DNA from: an uncultured bacterium
Lineage (GTDB): Bacteria; Methylomirabilota; Methylomirabilia; Rokubacteriales; DASRDR01
Length of the DNA: 64,000 nt
Assembly (NCBI GenBank): GCA_964416315.1
Contig: CAYQDR010000004.1
Span: 17,147-81,146 of the forward strand
Direction: 5' to 3'
Positions within the stretch are counted from its first letter, which is position 1. Each line of letters opens with the position of its first letter. The notes under the pieces were generated by a model that searched no databases, was not told the origin of the DNA, and saw nothing but the letters and a program-made list of their open reading frames with translations. Made by a program: the position numbers and the translations under genes. This document shows, one piece after another, positions 51,454 to 61,254 of this stretch.

Positions 51454-51858
51454 CTACCGACCGAGCCGCAACCGTTCCCAGCAACCGCGCGGATCCACGA
51501 TGGGCACAGGGGCCTGGCCTGCCACGTCGAGAAGATCCTGGTCACCCGTCACCAAGAGGTCCGCGCCCGCCGCGATCACCGACGCTAACACCCACCGGTC
51601 GTCAGGATCACGAACCGGGATAGCCGACGGGTGCCCGGGCCTCGGCACCACTGTCTGGGCCCGCAATTCTGCCTCCACCGCGCTTATCTGCTCCGCCGAA
51701 GCGTGGAACTGGTCCCCCAGCACCCGCCGCAGCTCCTCAAGGTTGACCTCGCCCGTGAGAAGCTCGTGCTCAGCCAGGATGAAACGAACGAGATCGGCGC
51801 TGATTCCGCGGGCCGTGTAGGCGCTCACAAGAACGTTGGTGTCCAGGAAGATCCTCAC
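51454..51858 (-). CDS. vapC: PIN-domain toxin VapC
   Basis: VRIFLDTNVLVSA... GTG start overlapping the antitoxin stop. Confidence 0.8.
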   Translation of the reverse strand: MRIFLDTNVLVSAYTARGISADLVRFILAEHELLTGEVNLEELRRVLGDQFHASAEQISAVEAELRAQTVVPRPGHPSAIPVRDPDDRWVLASVIAAGADLLVTGDQDLLDVAGQAPVPIVDPRGCWERLRLGR

Positions 51859-52076
51859 GACACGATGCGAAACACATCCTCGTCGGTCAGGATCCCCTGG
51901 GCCTCCGCCAGCGGCAGCAGGGCGCGGCGCGAGCGCTCGAAGCGCAGCAGCGCGATCTGGCGACGAAGCGCGTCGCGCACGACCTCGCTGCGGCTGCGCC
52001 CGAGCTGGCGGCACAGCCGATCCAGTTCGCGCTGGAGCTTCGCATCCAGCCGGATGGTGACGGTGGCGGCCTTCAT
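51855..52076 (-). CDS. vapB: ribbon-helix-helix (CopG-type) antitoxin VapB
   Basis: MKAATVTIRLDAKLQRELDRLC... 73 aa. Confidence 0.75.
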   Translation of the reverse strand: MKAATVTIRLDAKLQRELDRLCRQLGRSRSEVVRDALRRQIALLRFERSRRALLPLAEAQGILTDEDVFRIVS

Positions 52077-52230
52077 GTAAGACAATGTACTATGAAACCG
52101 CCCCTGGCGCCAGCGACTCGTCCGCGACGCCCGCCCCGACGATGTCCGCCTTCTGGGTCAGGTGGCCGTGATGGGTGAGCGCGAGCGTCTCCTGGGCGTT
52201 CTGCTCGACCGAGAAGATGTCGTGCCCTGG

Positions 52231-52560
52231 CGATCGGAAACGTGGACGCCACGCTCTTCGAGCGCGCCACGCAGGCCGAGATCGAGACCGAGGTGCGCCG
52301 GTGTGTGGACGCAGCCGCGCGTCACTCCGCCTGGATCCTCTCCACCTCCTGCGAGATCCCGCCGCGCTCCAAGCCCGAGATCGTCCAGTGGTTCATGGAC
52401 GCGGCGCGGGAGTACGGCCGCTACGAGCGGTTCATGACGTAGGCGGCGACTCGCCCTCGCCCGCCTCGGCGGGCGGGGGCGGGGCCTGCGCGGCTGCGGG
52501 CGCCTCGGGCTGGGCGCCCTCCGCAGGCGGTGGAGCCGCGGGGGGCCGCTGGGGTTCTGC
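52231..52560 (+). repeat. direct repeat copy 2 (URO-D 3' end, ~96% identical, plus ~120 bp of shared downstream sequence)
   Basis: Aligns to copy 1 with ~8 substitutions. The tail matches 59027..59150. Confidence 0.85.
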
Positions 52561-52675
52561 CAATGGTGACGAGGTCGAGGTCGACATCTTTCGCCGTCGC
52601 CGTCCTCCGCAACCCCGTCCAGTCGCTCAGGATCGGCTTCGCGGGGTTGAGCGAACCAGTGTTCGGCGCGGAACC

Positions 52676-52705
52676 CGGACTCTCACACTGAGAGTCCCGG
52701 TGTCG
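52676..52705. repeat. inverted repeat CCCGGACTCTCA-cac-TGAGAGTCCCGG (hairpin)
   Basis: 12-bp arms with one mismatch. Intergenic, upstream of the modE-like gene. Confidence 0.4.
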
Positions 52706-52827
52706 GGGAGCTCGCTCGCCCCGACGCGGGACCGGGCCGTCGACCCCTGCTGGCGGCGTCGCGGTCACTCCTGCACGCGCCCTGACTACTCGAAACCAGG
52801 TCCACCTTGCGGTTTGGGGTCGGTATC

Positions 52828-53166
52828 ATGGGGGGCGTGCTGAAGCCGAGGCTCAAGGTGTGGGTCGTCCTCGGGGAGCAGGTCAAGTTCGGGGACGGCC
52901 GGGCCGAACTCCTCGAGCGGATCGAGACCCTGGGGTCGCTGAAGCAAGCGGTCGCCGGAATGGGCATGTCGTACCGTGCGGCCTGGGGCTACCTCCGGGA
53001 GCTCGAGCGCGCCGCCGGGTTCAAGTTCCTGGAGCGCCATCCCGGTCGCGGGAGGACGCGGCTTACCGCGGAGGGGAAGCGGTTCCTTGAGCGCTACCGC
53101 CGGTTCCGAAGGGGCCTGGACGCCGCAGTCGCCCGCCGCTTCAGGCGGTCGTTCCCCCGGAAGTAG
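52828..53166 (+). CDS. ModE N-terminal-domain-like wHTH regulator (molybdate-responsive type, no Mop domains)
   Basis: GSLKQAVAGMGMSYRAAWGYLRELE...GGRGRTRLTAEGKRFLERY matches the ModE HTH pattern. Confidence 0.6.
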   Translation: MGGVLKPRLKVWVVLGEQVKFGDGRAELLERIETLGSLKQAVAGMGMSYRAAWGYLRELERAAGFKFLERHPGRGRTRLTAEGKRFLERYRRFRRGLDAAVARRFRRSFPRK

Positions 53167-53194
53167 CGACTCGCCTGTCTGTTTTTTTGGCGTT

Positions 53195-53225
53195 GATTAT
53201 GCTCTGCGAAGCATATATAAGAATC
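53195..53225 (+). promoter_or_regulatory. AT-rich element GCGAAGCATATATAAGAATCG (candidate ModE-type operator/promoter)
   Basis: The only AT-rich 30-mer in the region, between the regulator and transporter genes. Confidence 0.25.
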
Positions 53226-53269
53226 GTGTCAACCCGCGGGCGTCGCGTGGATCACCGGGGCACGCCCAG

Positions 53270-54400
53270 ATGCGGATCGGCGGAAACGACTACACGCTCC
53301 AGGAGCTGGCCGGGGCCTTCGGGGACCTCGGGACGCTGATCCCGTTCCTCGTGGGGTACATTACCATCACCGGGATGAACCCCGTGGGCATCCTCGTGGC
53401 CTTCGGCCTGTTCAAGATCTTCGCGGGACTCTACTTCCGCTCGCCCATCCCGATCCAGCCGATGAAGGCGATCGGCACCGCGGCGATCAGCCACCCGGGG
53501 ATCATCACGCCCGGTGCGGTCTGGGCGTCGGGGTTCTTCACCGGCGCGCTTTGGCTCGCCCTCGGCCTCACCGGGGCCGTGACGTGGATCGCCAGGCTCA
53601 CGAGCCGGCCGATTGTCCAGGGCCTCGTCCTCGGCCTCGGGCTCGGCTTCATCTTCGAGGGCGTCAAGATGATGGAAGCCGATCTCCCGCTCGCCGTGGC
53701 GGCGAGCGCCCTCACGTTCGTCCTGCTCTCCCGCGAGCGGGTCCCGGCGATGCTTGGCCTCCTGGCCTTCGGCGTGGCGGTCGCGTTGGTCCGGGAGCCG
53801 CGCCTCCTCGAGGAGCTCGGCCGCCTCTCGTTGCGCCTGCGGCTCCCGGAGCTGGCCCTCATGAAGCTCGGCTGGACGGACCTCGTCACCGGGGTCGTGG
53901 TCCTCGGGCTTCCCCAGGCCGCGCTGACCCTGGGCAACGCCATCGTCGCGACCGTCGAGGAGAACAACGCGCTGTTCCCCGAGCGGCCGCTCACGGTCCG
54001 AACGGTCGCGATCGATCACGGGGTCATGAACCTCGTCGGCACGACGCTCGGCGGGGTCCCGATGTGTCACGGCGCCGGGGGGCTCGCGGGCCACGTGCGC
54101 TTCGGGGCCCGGACCGGCGGGGCCCTCGTGATCCTCGGGTGTCTCGTCCTCTTCACGGGGCTCTTCCTCGCCGACTCGGTGCAGACGCTCTTCAAGGTCG
54201 TCCCGCCGGCGCTCCTCGGCGTGATCCTGATGTTCGGCGGGCTCGAGCTCGCCGCCGGGGTCCAGGGGAACCACTGGTCGAAGGAGGACCGTTACGTCAT
54301 GGTCCTGACGGCCGGGGTCTCCCTCTGGAACATGGGCGCCGGCTACGCGGCCGGGCTCCTCCTCTGGCATGCGTTTCGGCGGGGGTGGCTCAAAGCTTGA
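53270..54400 (+). CDS. MOT1-family (sulfate/molybdate transporter-like) membrane transporter
   Basis: [27 protein letters not shown]-terminus. Multi-TM. Confidence 0.65.
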   Translation: MRIGGNDYTLQELAGAFGDLGTLIPFLVGYITITGMNPVGILVAFGLFKIFAGLYFRSPIPIQPMKAIGTAAISHPGIITPGAVWASGFFTGALWLALGLTGAVTWIARLTSRPIVQGLVLGLGLGFIFEGVKMMEADLPLAVAASALTFVLLSRERVPAMLGLLAFGVAVALVREPRLLEELGRLSLRLRLPELALMKLGWTDLVTGVVVLGLPQAALTLGNAIVATVEENNALFPERPLTVRTVAIDHGVMNLVGTTLGGVPMCHGAGGLAGHVRFGARTGGALVILGCLVLFTGLFLADSVQTLFKVVPPALLGVILMFGGLELAAGVQGNHWSKEDRYVMVLTAGVSLWNMGAGYAAGLLLWHAFRRGWLKA

Positions 54401-55124
54401 CGGCGAGCTGATCCTCCACCGCGGCAGGGCGGCTCGGCGGGCGGCCGACCGTGATCCGCCCGTCGATCATGTGGTAGACGCGGTCGAAGCCCTCGATCAT
54501 CCGGTCATCGTGGGTGACCACGATCACGGCTGCCTGCCGCTCCCGCCCGAGGCGTCGGAGCAGATCCATCACCGCCTTGCCGCGCTCCGTGTCGAGGGAC
54601 GCCGTCGGCTCGTCCGCGAGGATCACGGTCGGCTCGTTGACCACGGCCCGCGCGACGGCCAGGCGCTGCTGTTCCCCGCCGGAGAGCGTTGCCGGGTACA
54701 CGTCCGCCCGGTGACCGAGATCCAGCCGATGCAGGAGCGCCCGAGTCCGCCGCCGCGCCTCGCGCCCCGGGACGCCATTCAGGGTGAGAATCAGCGCCAC
54801 GTTCTCCACAACGGTGAGGAACGGGATCAGGTTGTAGGCCTGGAAGACGATCCCGATCTTCTCCCGCCGCAGGCGCCGATCGTCAGCCCGGACTTGCTTG
54901 CCGTCGTACACGAGCTCCCCGGCGATGGTGATCCGTCCCCGGGTCGGTGGATCGATGAGCGAGATGGCCCGGAGGAGGGTGGTCTTCCCGGATCCGCTCG
55001 GCCCCATGAGGGCGACCAGCTCCCCGCCCCCCACGGCGATGCTGGCGTCCTGGAGTGCCACGACTTCCGTCTCCCCGCGCCCGAACACCTTGGTGAGGTG
55101 CTCCGCGACAATCGCCGGCATCAT
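54390..55124 (-). CDS. ABC transporter ATP-binding protein (MacB/LolD-like)
   Basis: [28 protein letters not shown] overlap with the permease stop. Confidence 0.8.
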   Translation of the reverse strand: MMPAIVAEHLTKVFGRGETEVVALQDASIAVGGGELVALMGPSGSGKTTLLRAISLIDPPTRGRITIAGELVYDGKQVRADDRRLRREKIGIVFQAYNLIPFLTVVENVALILTLNGVPGREARRRTRALLHRLDLGHRADVYPATLSGGEQQRLAVARAVVNEPTVILADEPTASLDTERGKAVMDLLRRLGRERQAAVIVVTHDDRMIEGFDRVYHMIDGRITVGRPPSRPAAVEDQLAVKL

Positions 55125-56317
55125 GCCCCGCCCCCCAGGGCCGTGGTCGGGTCCACGCGGATCGCCTTCCAGATGCCCAGCGCGCTGGCGACGAGGCAGA
55201 TCACTCCGACGATCCCGAGGAGGATGAGCTGGTCGGATGCGACGATGAGGAGCCGTCGTGGAAAGTATTGATAGGTCCGGCTGATGAGGAGCGCGCCCAG
55301 CCCGTAGCCGAGCAGGCCGAGCACGACGGCTTCCTGCACCACGAGCCCGGCAATCTTCCGATCGGGCGCGCCGAGGATCTTGAGCGTCGCGATGTCGCGC
55401 GTCTTCTCCAGCGTCATCGTGTAGATGATGAGGGCGATGATGACGACCGACACGATCAGGAGGATGGTCCGCATCAAGAGGGTCTGCTGGCGCCCCCGCT
55501 CGATGACCACCCTCGCCAGCACGGCCTCCTGCTCGTCGGCCGTCATCGCCCGGTAGTGGTTCCACCGCTCGATCCGCCGCGCCGCCTCGCCGGGGTCCGC
55601 CCCGGGTTGCAGGCGAACCAGCACGGCGTTGGCCAAGTGGGTGTTCTGGACGATCGGCCCGAGCGCGGCGGGAGACACGGAGGCCAGGGCCGGCTCCACC
55701 TTCAGGGTGGCGTCCAGGCGCGCCCGATCGTTGCGCACCGCTTCATTGGCCTTCAGGAACTGGATCTCCTGCGCGTCCTGGAGCGAGACATAGGCGACGG
55801 GGTCGCCGGCGTTCGACACGATCCCCTCGGTCAGCCCGACGATGGTGAAGAGCAGGCGACCGATGCGGATCTCGGCCCCGACGGGCAGGCCGGCCTCGCG
55901 GCCGATCACCATCTCGTACCGGCTCCGCAGGATCGGTCGGCCGGCTACCACGGCGGACGGCCCTCCCAGGCCGTCCAGCCGGTATCCGATCAGCTGGACT
56001 CGAAACGGCTTGGGCCCCACGCGGAACTGGAGCACCTGGAAGGCCACCGGGCTGGCTTCTCGGACTCCAGGCACGCCCCGGATCATCCGATACACATCGT
56101 CGGGGATCCGCGAGGTCTCGGCGAAGGGGCCGTTGGTGTCCTTCTGCACGACCCACAGGTCGGCGCCGGAGCTCCGGAGGATGCTGAGAGCCTCCACGAC
56201 CAGCCCCTGATAGACCCCGCCCATCGCCATGACCGAGGCGAGGAGGAGCCCCAGGCCGAGGGCCGTCAGCAGGAAGCGGCCGAGGCGGTAGCGGACGTCC
56301 CGCAGGGCGAGGTTCAT
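55121..56317 (-). CDS. ABC transporter permease (FtsX/MacB-type)
   Basis: Large periplasmic loop plus a C-terminal FtsX 3-TM domain. ATGA overlap with the adaptor stop. Confidence 0.8.
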   Translation of the reverse strand: MNLALRDVRYRLGRFLLTALGLGLLLASVMAMGGVYQGLVVEALSILRSSGADLWVVQKDTNGPFAETSRIPDDVYRMIRGVPGVREASPVAFQVLQFRVGPKPFRVQLIGYRLDGLGGPSAVVAGRPILRSRYEMVIGREAGLPVGAEIRIGRLLFTIVGLTEGIVSNAGDPVAYVSLQDAQEIQFLKANEAVRNDRARLDATLKVEPALASVSPAALGPIVQNTHLANAVLVRLQPGADPGEAARRIERWNHYRAMTADEQEAVLARVVIERGRQQTLLMRTILLIVSVVIIALIIYTMTLEKTRDIATLKILGAPDRKIAGLVVQEAVVLGLLGYGLGALLISRTYQYFPRRLLIVASDQLILLGIVGVICLVASALGIWKAIRVDPTTALGGGA

Positions 56318-57744
56318 CGCGGCGTCCGCGCCGCGTCCGTCGCCATGTCCGCTCGGACGACCCGCACCCGGCGCCCGTCGTTCGCGGCATCGGCGAGGCG
56401 GCCAGGCGTGAGCACGACCAGCGTCCCCGGGCGGAGGCCCTCCAGCACCTGCACCCATCCCGCCGGGTCGGCGGCGCCGAGGCGCGCCGCCTGGAAGTGG
56501 AGGCGGCCGTCCGTGACCACGAGGGCGCCCGGTCCGTCCGGTCGACGCACGACCGCCGCCAGCGGGAGGGCGACCGCGCCCCGCTGGGCGGGGGGCCGGA
56601 TGTCGGCCTCCGCTTGCTCGCCCAGGGTCAACCGGAGCGGGCGCGTCTCCAGGGCGATGTCCACCGCCAACTGCTCGGTGACGCGATCGCTCTCCCGCTG
56701 GATCCGCGCCACGCGGCCGGGAACCCGTCGGCCCGGCTGTGAGCGGAGCGTGATTTCGGCAGGGTCCCCGACGGCCAGGCCGCCCGTGTCTCGTTCATCC
56801 ACATACACCGTGACCCACGCCGTCTCGGGGTCGGCGATCTTGAAGATCGGCGTTCCGGGGTTCACCGTGCTGCCGGGTTCGAGCTCCCGGCTGACCACGT
56901 ATCCGGTGAAGGGGCTGACCACGGCCGTATCGGCCACCTGCGCCTGGGCCACCGCCACCGCTGCCTGAGCTTCCCGCACCTGCGCGCGCGCTGCCGCCAC
57001 CTGCTCGGGACGGGGGCCGGCCAGCACGAGGTCGAGCCGCTGCTGGAACGCGGTCAGTTGGTGGCGCGCGGCGGTGATCTGGTCGGTCCGGGCGCCGTCG
57101 AGCGCCAACCGCAGCGTCTGCCGCGCCCCGCGCTCCTGCGCGGCCGCGACCTCGTACGCCTGCCGCGCCCGGTCCAGGTCCTGCGCGGCGATCAGCTCGC
57201 GGGCCCAGAGGCCCTGCATGCGCTGCAGGTCGCGCTCCGCCAGGATCCGCGTGGCGGTGGCGCTCTTGAGTCGCTCCTGGAGCTCTTCGATTTCAGGGGG
57301 CCGAGAGCCCGCCCGGAGGTCATCGAGCTGGGCCTGGGCGTGCGCGACATTGGCGCGTGCCTCCGCGACCTCCTCCGAGCGGGCGCCGGCGAGGAGGTCG
57401 CGCAGCTGAGCCTCCGCGGCCCGCAGGGCGGCGTCCCGTCGGCGCACCTCGGCGCGGATCTCTGCATCGTCCAGACGCGCCAGGATCTGCCCGGGTTCGA
57501 CCGCGTGGCCCTGGTCGACCAGGACGGTGACGAGCCGCCCGGTGATCTTGGCGCCGACTTGCACCACCACCTTGGCCTCAACCGTCCCGACGCCCTGGAC
57601 GGCGGGCGCGACGTCCCGGACGCTCACCTCGGCGACCTGGACCGACGGCGGGCGGAGCAGGAACCACCCCCCGACGGCCACCGCGAGGAGAACAGCCCCG
57701 CCGAGGGCTCCCCGGACGCCACGCTTGAGCCAGCGTCGATCCAT
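56314..57744 (-). CDS. HlyD-family periplasmic adaptor (efflux membrane fusion protein)
   Basis: TM anchor, long coiled coil, barrel-sandwich hybrid domain. ATG 57744. Confidence 0.8.
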   Translation of the reverse strand: MDRRWLKRGVRGALGGAVLLAVAVGGWFLLRPPSVQVAEVSVRDVAPAVQGVGTVEAKVVVQVGAKITGRLVTVLVDQGHAVEPGQILARLDDAEIRAEVRRRDAALRAAEAQLRDLLAGARSEEVAEARANVAHAQAQLDDLRAGSRPPEIEELQERLKSATATRILAERDLQRMQGLWARELIAAQDLDRARQAYEVAAAQERGARQTLRLALDGARTDQITAARHQLTAFQQRLDLVLAGPRPEQVAAARAQVREAQAAVAVAQAQVADTAVVSPFTGYVVSRELEPGSTVNPGTPIFKIADPETAWVTVYVDERDTGGLAVGDPAEITLRSQPGRRVPGRVARIQRESDRVTEQLAVDIALETRPLRLTLGEQAEADIRPPAQRGAVALPLAAVVRRPDGPGALVVTDGRLHFQAARLGAADPAGWVQVLEGLRPGTLVVLTPGRLADAANDGRRVRVVRADMATDAARTPR

Positions 57745-58087
57745 GCCCCAGCTACCCGCCTCGGAAACCACAGCAACCCGCTTGCCAGAGCGCCGCCGAC
57801 GCGAGAATGATGAGGTTCGACGGTGGGTTGCGTCACCCGCCCAGCACGCTGTCCCGTGTCCGGGTGGGGCGTGGCTGCCCCACTCGGGACGAGGCGCCTC
57901 CTTCGCGCCCTCGCGACGGCGCGCCGCCGCCCACGGTTTCGAGGATGGCTCGCTGTCGGCTTGCGGCGACGCGGGCCGGCTGGCCACGCCGGGCCACGGC
58001 GGGAACGCCCGTGCGGGAAGAACAGATAGCGCTGACCGGGCGCGTGCCCGATACTGACTTCTGACCCTGACGCGACAGGAGGGCGCG

Positions 58088-58762
58088 ATGAAGCGAGGAG
58101 TGGTGATCGGAATCACGGCCGTCGGCCTCGGCGTGGCGCTCGTGGCCGGCGTCGTCCTGGCCCAGCAGCCGGCCTCACCAGGCGGCGGCACGGCGCCGCG
58201 CCAGATGGGGCCCGGCATGATGCCCCATGGCGTGATGCCGCACGGCCAGATGCCCCACGGCCCCATGATGCCGAGCGGGGCACCGGCAGCCGCCGGCGTG
58301 CCCACCTTGCCGGGCCAGGACGCCTTCGGCGCCATTGCGGAGATCGTGCGGCTCCTCGATGCGGACCCGCAGACCGACTGGAGCAAGGTCGACCTCGAGC
58401 GGCTGCGTCAGCACCTCATTGACATGAACGAGGTCGTGCTCCGCGCTGAGGTGAAGGCGAGCGCCGTGCCGGGCGGTCTCGCGACGGACGTGAACGGGAT
58501 CGGTCGGACGGAGCAGGCGATCCGGGCGATGGTGGTGCCGCACGCCGGGGAGCTCGATCAGACGCCGGGGCTCGCGGCGAAGACGGAGATCATCCCGGGT
58601 GGCGTGCGCCTCACGGTGACGGCGCGGGACCCCGGGGACGACAAGACGGTGGCGCGGGTCCGTGGCCTGGGCCTCATCGGTCTCCTGACGCTCGGCGCCC
58701 ACCACCAGCCGCACCACCTCGCGATGGTGCGCGGCGAGGCGATGAGCGGCCACGGCCACTGA
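58088..58762 (+). CDS. secreted Met/His/Pro-rich protein (MPHGVMPHGQMPHGPMMP repeats), putative Cu-binding
   Basis: Signal peptide and M-x-H repeats. 224 aa. Confidence 0.55.
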   Translation: MKRGVVIGITAVGLGVALVAGVVLAQQPASPGGGTAPRQMGPGMMPHGVMPHGQMPHGPMMPSGAPAAAGVPTLPGQDAFGAIAEIVRLLDADPQTDWSKVDLERLRQHLIDMNEVVLRAEVKASAVPGGLATDVNGIGRTEQAIRAMVVPHAGELDQTPGLAAKTEIIPGGVRLTVTARDPGDDKTVARVRGLGLIGLLTLGAHHQPHHLAMVRGEAMSGHGH

Positions 58763-58796
58763 CCGTGCCGCGTCTGGGGCCCACGCCGGACGCGGG

Positions 58797-59150
58797 GCCA
58801 GAAGCGCGTGGTCGCCATCGGAAACGTGGACGCCACGCTCTTCGAGCGCGCCACACAGGCCGAGATCGAGGCCGAGGTGCGCCGCTGCGTGGACGCGGCC
58901 GCGCGCCACTCCGCCTGGATCCTCTCCACCTCCTGCGAGATCCCGCCGCGCTCCAAGCCCGAGATCGTCCAGTGGTTCATGGACGCGGCGCGGGAGTACG
59001 GCCGCTACGAGCGGTTCATGACGTAGGCGGCGACTCGCCCTCGCCCGCCTCGGCGGGCGGGGGCGGGGCCTGCGCGGCTGCGGGCGCCTCGGGCTGGGCG
59101 CCCTCCGCAGGCGGTGGAGCCGCGGCGGGCGGCTGGGGCTCCGCCGGTTC
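58797..59150 (+). repeat. direct repeat copy 3 (URO-D 3' end, identical to copy 1, plus shared downstream sequence)
   Basis: 58797..59014 equals 50858..51075. 59027..59150 matches 52443..52560. Confidence 0.9.
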
Positions 59151-59405
59151 CGGGCGGGGCCGCGCCGCGCGAGGGGCGGCGGCCTTCCGCTTGGGGGGCG
59201 CCTCGCTCGCCGCCGGGCCGCGTGCGCCCGCCGGGCCGCCCCGCTGCATCTCGGCGATGACCCAGGGCGCGACCCGCGTCAGCTTCTGGACCACGGCGGC
59301 GCGCTCGGCGTCGCTCTCGGCCGCCTCGTAGCGCCGCCGCAGCTTCGCGAGCTTCTGCCGCCGCACGCGGCGTCGATGCAGCTCCGTCTTCCGTTGCACT
59401 GGCAT
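59016..59405 (-). CDS. small basic protein with Pro/Ala-rich disordered tail, hypothetical
   Basis: SD GGAGG 7 nt upstream. GC3 above 85%. The 3' end overlaps repeat copy 3. Confidence 0.55.
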   Translation of the reverse strand: MPVQRKTELHRRRVRRQKLAKLRRRYEAAESDAERAAVVQKLTRVAPWVIAEMQRGGPAGARGPAASEAPPKRKAAAPRAARPRPEPAEPQPPAAAPPPAEGAQPEAPAAAQAPPPPAEAGEGESPPTS

Positions 59406-59572
59406 GCCCGGTCCTCCTCGCGGCGCGCTGGTGTCGCCGGATCCAGACCCCTTCTAGCACGGCGCCGAAACCCGGGTCAAACCCGGGAGGGGGGTGTCCC
59501 CCGGGGGGGTTGCCCTTGACGCGCGGTCCCCGGCCCGCCTAGACTGCCGGCAGATCGCACCACCGTCATCCC

Positions 59573-61171
59573 GTGGCACGGAGGGTTCCCATGAAGCGAA
59601 TCGGCGTCCTCGTCGCTGCCCTGAGCGTCCTCGTCTCGGCGTCCGTGACGGCGCCGCAGGAGAAGCTCGGCAAGGTCCACTTCGCGACCTCGTGCAGCCC
59701 GGCCGTCCAGCCGGAGTTCAACCGCGCGGTCGCGCTGCTCCATTCCTTCTGGCACGACGCGGCCATCAAGGCGTTCACCGCCGTGGCGCAGGCCGACCCG
59801 GGGTGCGCGATGGCGCACTGGGGGATCGCCATGGCCGTGCTGGGCAACCCGTTCGCCTGGCCGCCGGCTCCCAAGGCACTCCAGGACGGCGGGACCCTGG
59901 TAGAACGGGCGAAAGCCGCGGGCGCCCGGACCCAGCGGGAGCGCGACTACGTCGCCGCCCTCGAGGTCTTCTACAAGGACGCGGACAAGACCGACCACCG
60001 GACGCGCGCCGTCGGCTACGAGAAGGCGATGGAGCAGCTCGCGGCGCGCTATCCGGACGACCGCGAGGCGGCCGTCTTCTACGCCCTGGCCCTGAACGCG
60101 ACGGCGCTCCCGACCGACAAGGCCTACGCCCAGCAGCTCAAGGCCGCGGCCATCCTCGAACGAGTCTTCGCGGAGCAGCCGGAGCACCCCGGCGTCGCGC
60201 ACTACCTGATCCACAGCTACGACTACCCGCCGATCGCCCAGAAGGGCCTCGACGCCGCGCGGCGCTATGCCGCCATCGCGCCCTCGGCGCCCCACGCCCA
60301 GCACATGCCCTCCCACATCTTCACCCGGCGCGGCCACTGGCAGCAGTCCATCGACTCGAACCGCACCTCGGCGGCCGCCGCGAAGGACCACTTCAACCAG
60401 CTCCACGCGACGGACTACCTCGCCTATGCCCACCTCCAGCTGGGGCAGGACCGCGAGGCCCGGCGCGTTCTCGAGGACACGCGGGCGATCCAGCGCGTCA
60501 ACGTGGAACACTTCGTCGTCGCGTACGCGCTGGCGGCGATCCCCTCCCGGTACGCCCTCGAGCGCGGTCAGTGGGCGGAGGCGGCGGCGCTGACGTTCCA
60601 GCCGGTGGAGTTCCCCTGGACCCGGTTCCCCCAGTCCGAGGCCGTCCTCGTCTTCGCGCGAGGGCTCGGCGCCGCGCGGAGCGGCAACGCGGCGGCCGCC
60701 CGGAAGGACGCCGACCGGCTCGAGACGCTCCGCGACGCCCTGACGACCGCCAAGCTCGGCTACTGGGTCGAGCAGGTGGAGATCCAGCGCCAGGTGGTGC
60801 TCGCCTGGGCCGCCCGAGCGGAGGGCAAGAACGACGAGGCGCTGCGCCTGCTGCGGGCGGCCGCCGACCGCGAGGACGCGACGGAGAAGCACCCCGTGAC
60901 GCCTGGGCCGATCGCGCCGGCCCGGGAGCTCCTGGGCGAGCTACTCCTCGAGCTGGCTCGGCCGGCCGAGGCGCTCCGCGAGCTCGAAGCGTCGCAGGCC
61001 AAGGAGCCCAACCGCTTCCGGGGCTACTACGGGGCCGCGCGTGCCGCCGAGCTGGCCGGCCAGCACGCCAAGGCGAAGGCCTACTACGAGCAACTGGTGG
61101 CCCTTGCGAAGACGGCCGACACCGAGCGGCCGGAGATCGGTCAGGCCAGAGCGTTCCTCGCGAAGAACTGA
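59573..61171 (+). CDS. secreted TPR-like repeat protein, hypothetical
   Basis: Signal peptide. 532 aa. Helical repeat composition. Confidence 0.6.
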   Translation: MARRVPMKRIGVLVAALSVLVSASVTAPQEKLGKVHFATSCSPAVQPEFNRAVALLHSFWHDAAIKAFTAVAQADPGCAMAHWGIAMAVLGNPFAWPPAPKALQDGGTLVERAKAAGARTQRERDYVAALEVFYKDADKTDHRTRAVGYEKAMEQLAARYPDDREAAVFYALALNATALPTDKAYAQQLKAAAILERVFAEQPEHPGVAHYLIHSYDYPPIAQKGLDAARRYAAIAPSAPHAQHMPSHIFTRRGHWQQSIDSNRTSAAAAKDHFNQLHATDYLAYAHLQLGQDREARRVLEDTRAIQRVNVEHFVVAYALAAIPSRYALERGQWAEAAALTFQPVEFPWTRFPQSEAVLVFARGLGAARSGNAAAARKDADRLETLRDALTTAKLGYWVEQVEIQRQVVLAWAARAEGKNDEALRLLRAAADREDATEKHPVTPGPIAPARELLGELLLELARPAEALRELEASQAKEPNRFRGYYGAARAAELAGQHAKAKAYYEQLVALAKTADTERPEIGQARAFLAKN

Positions 61172-61196
61172 CGCCGGGCCCGCCGGGAAAAGCGAA

Positions 61197-61230
61197 ACGG
61201 CGCAGGGTATCTCCCCCTGCGCCGTTCGTG
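61197..61230. terminator. bidirectional intrinsic terminator (GGCGCAGGG-tatctcc-CCCTGCGCC)
   Basis: Between the convergent TPR and rbp genes. T-rich tract on the minus strand (TTTCGCTTTTCCC). Confidence 0.6.
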
Positions 61231-61254
61231 TCTTGCCTCTGGTCGGCTGTCAGC

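Noticed and set aside
52242-52442. 66-aa and 72-aa ORFs (52242..52442, 58808..59026) translating ...NVDATLFERATQAEIE...EYGRYERFMT
   Set aside because: These are the duplicated 3' ends of the DUF169/URO-D gene (repeat copies 2 and 3). They are not independent genes.
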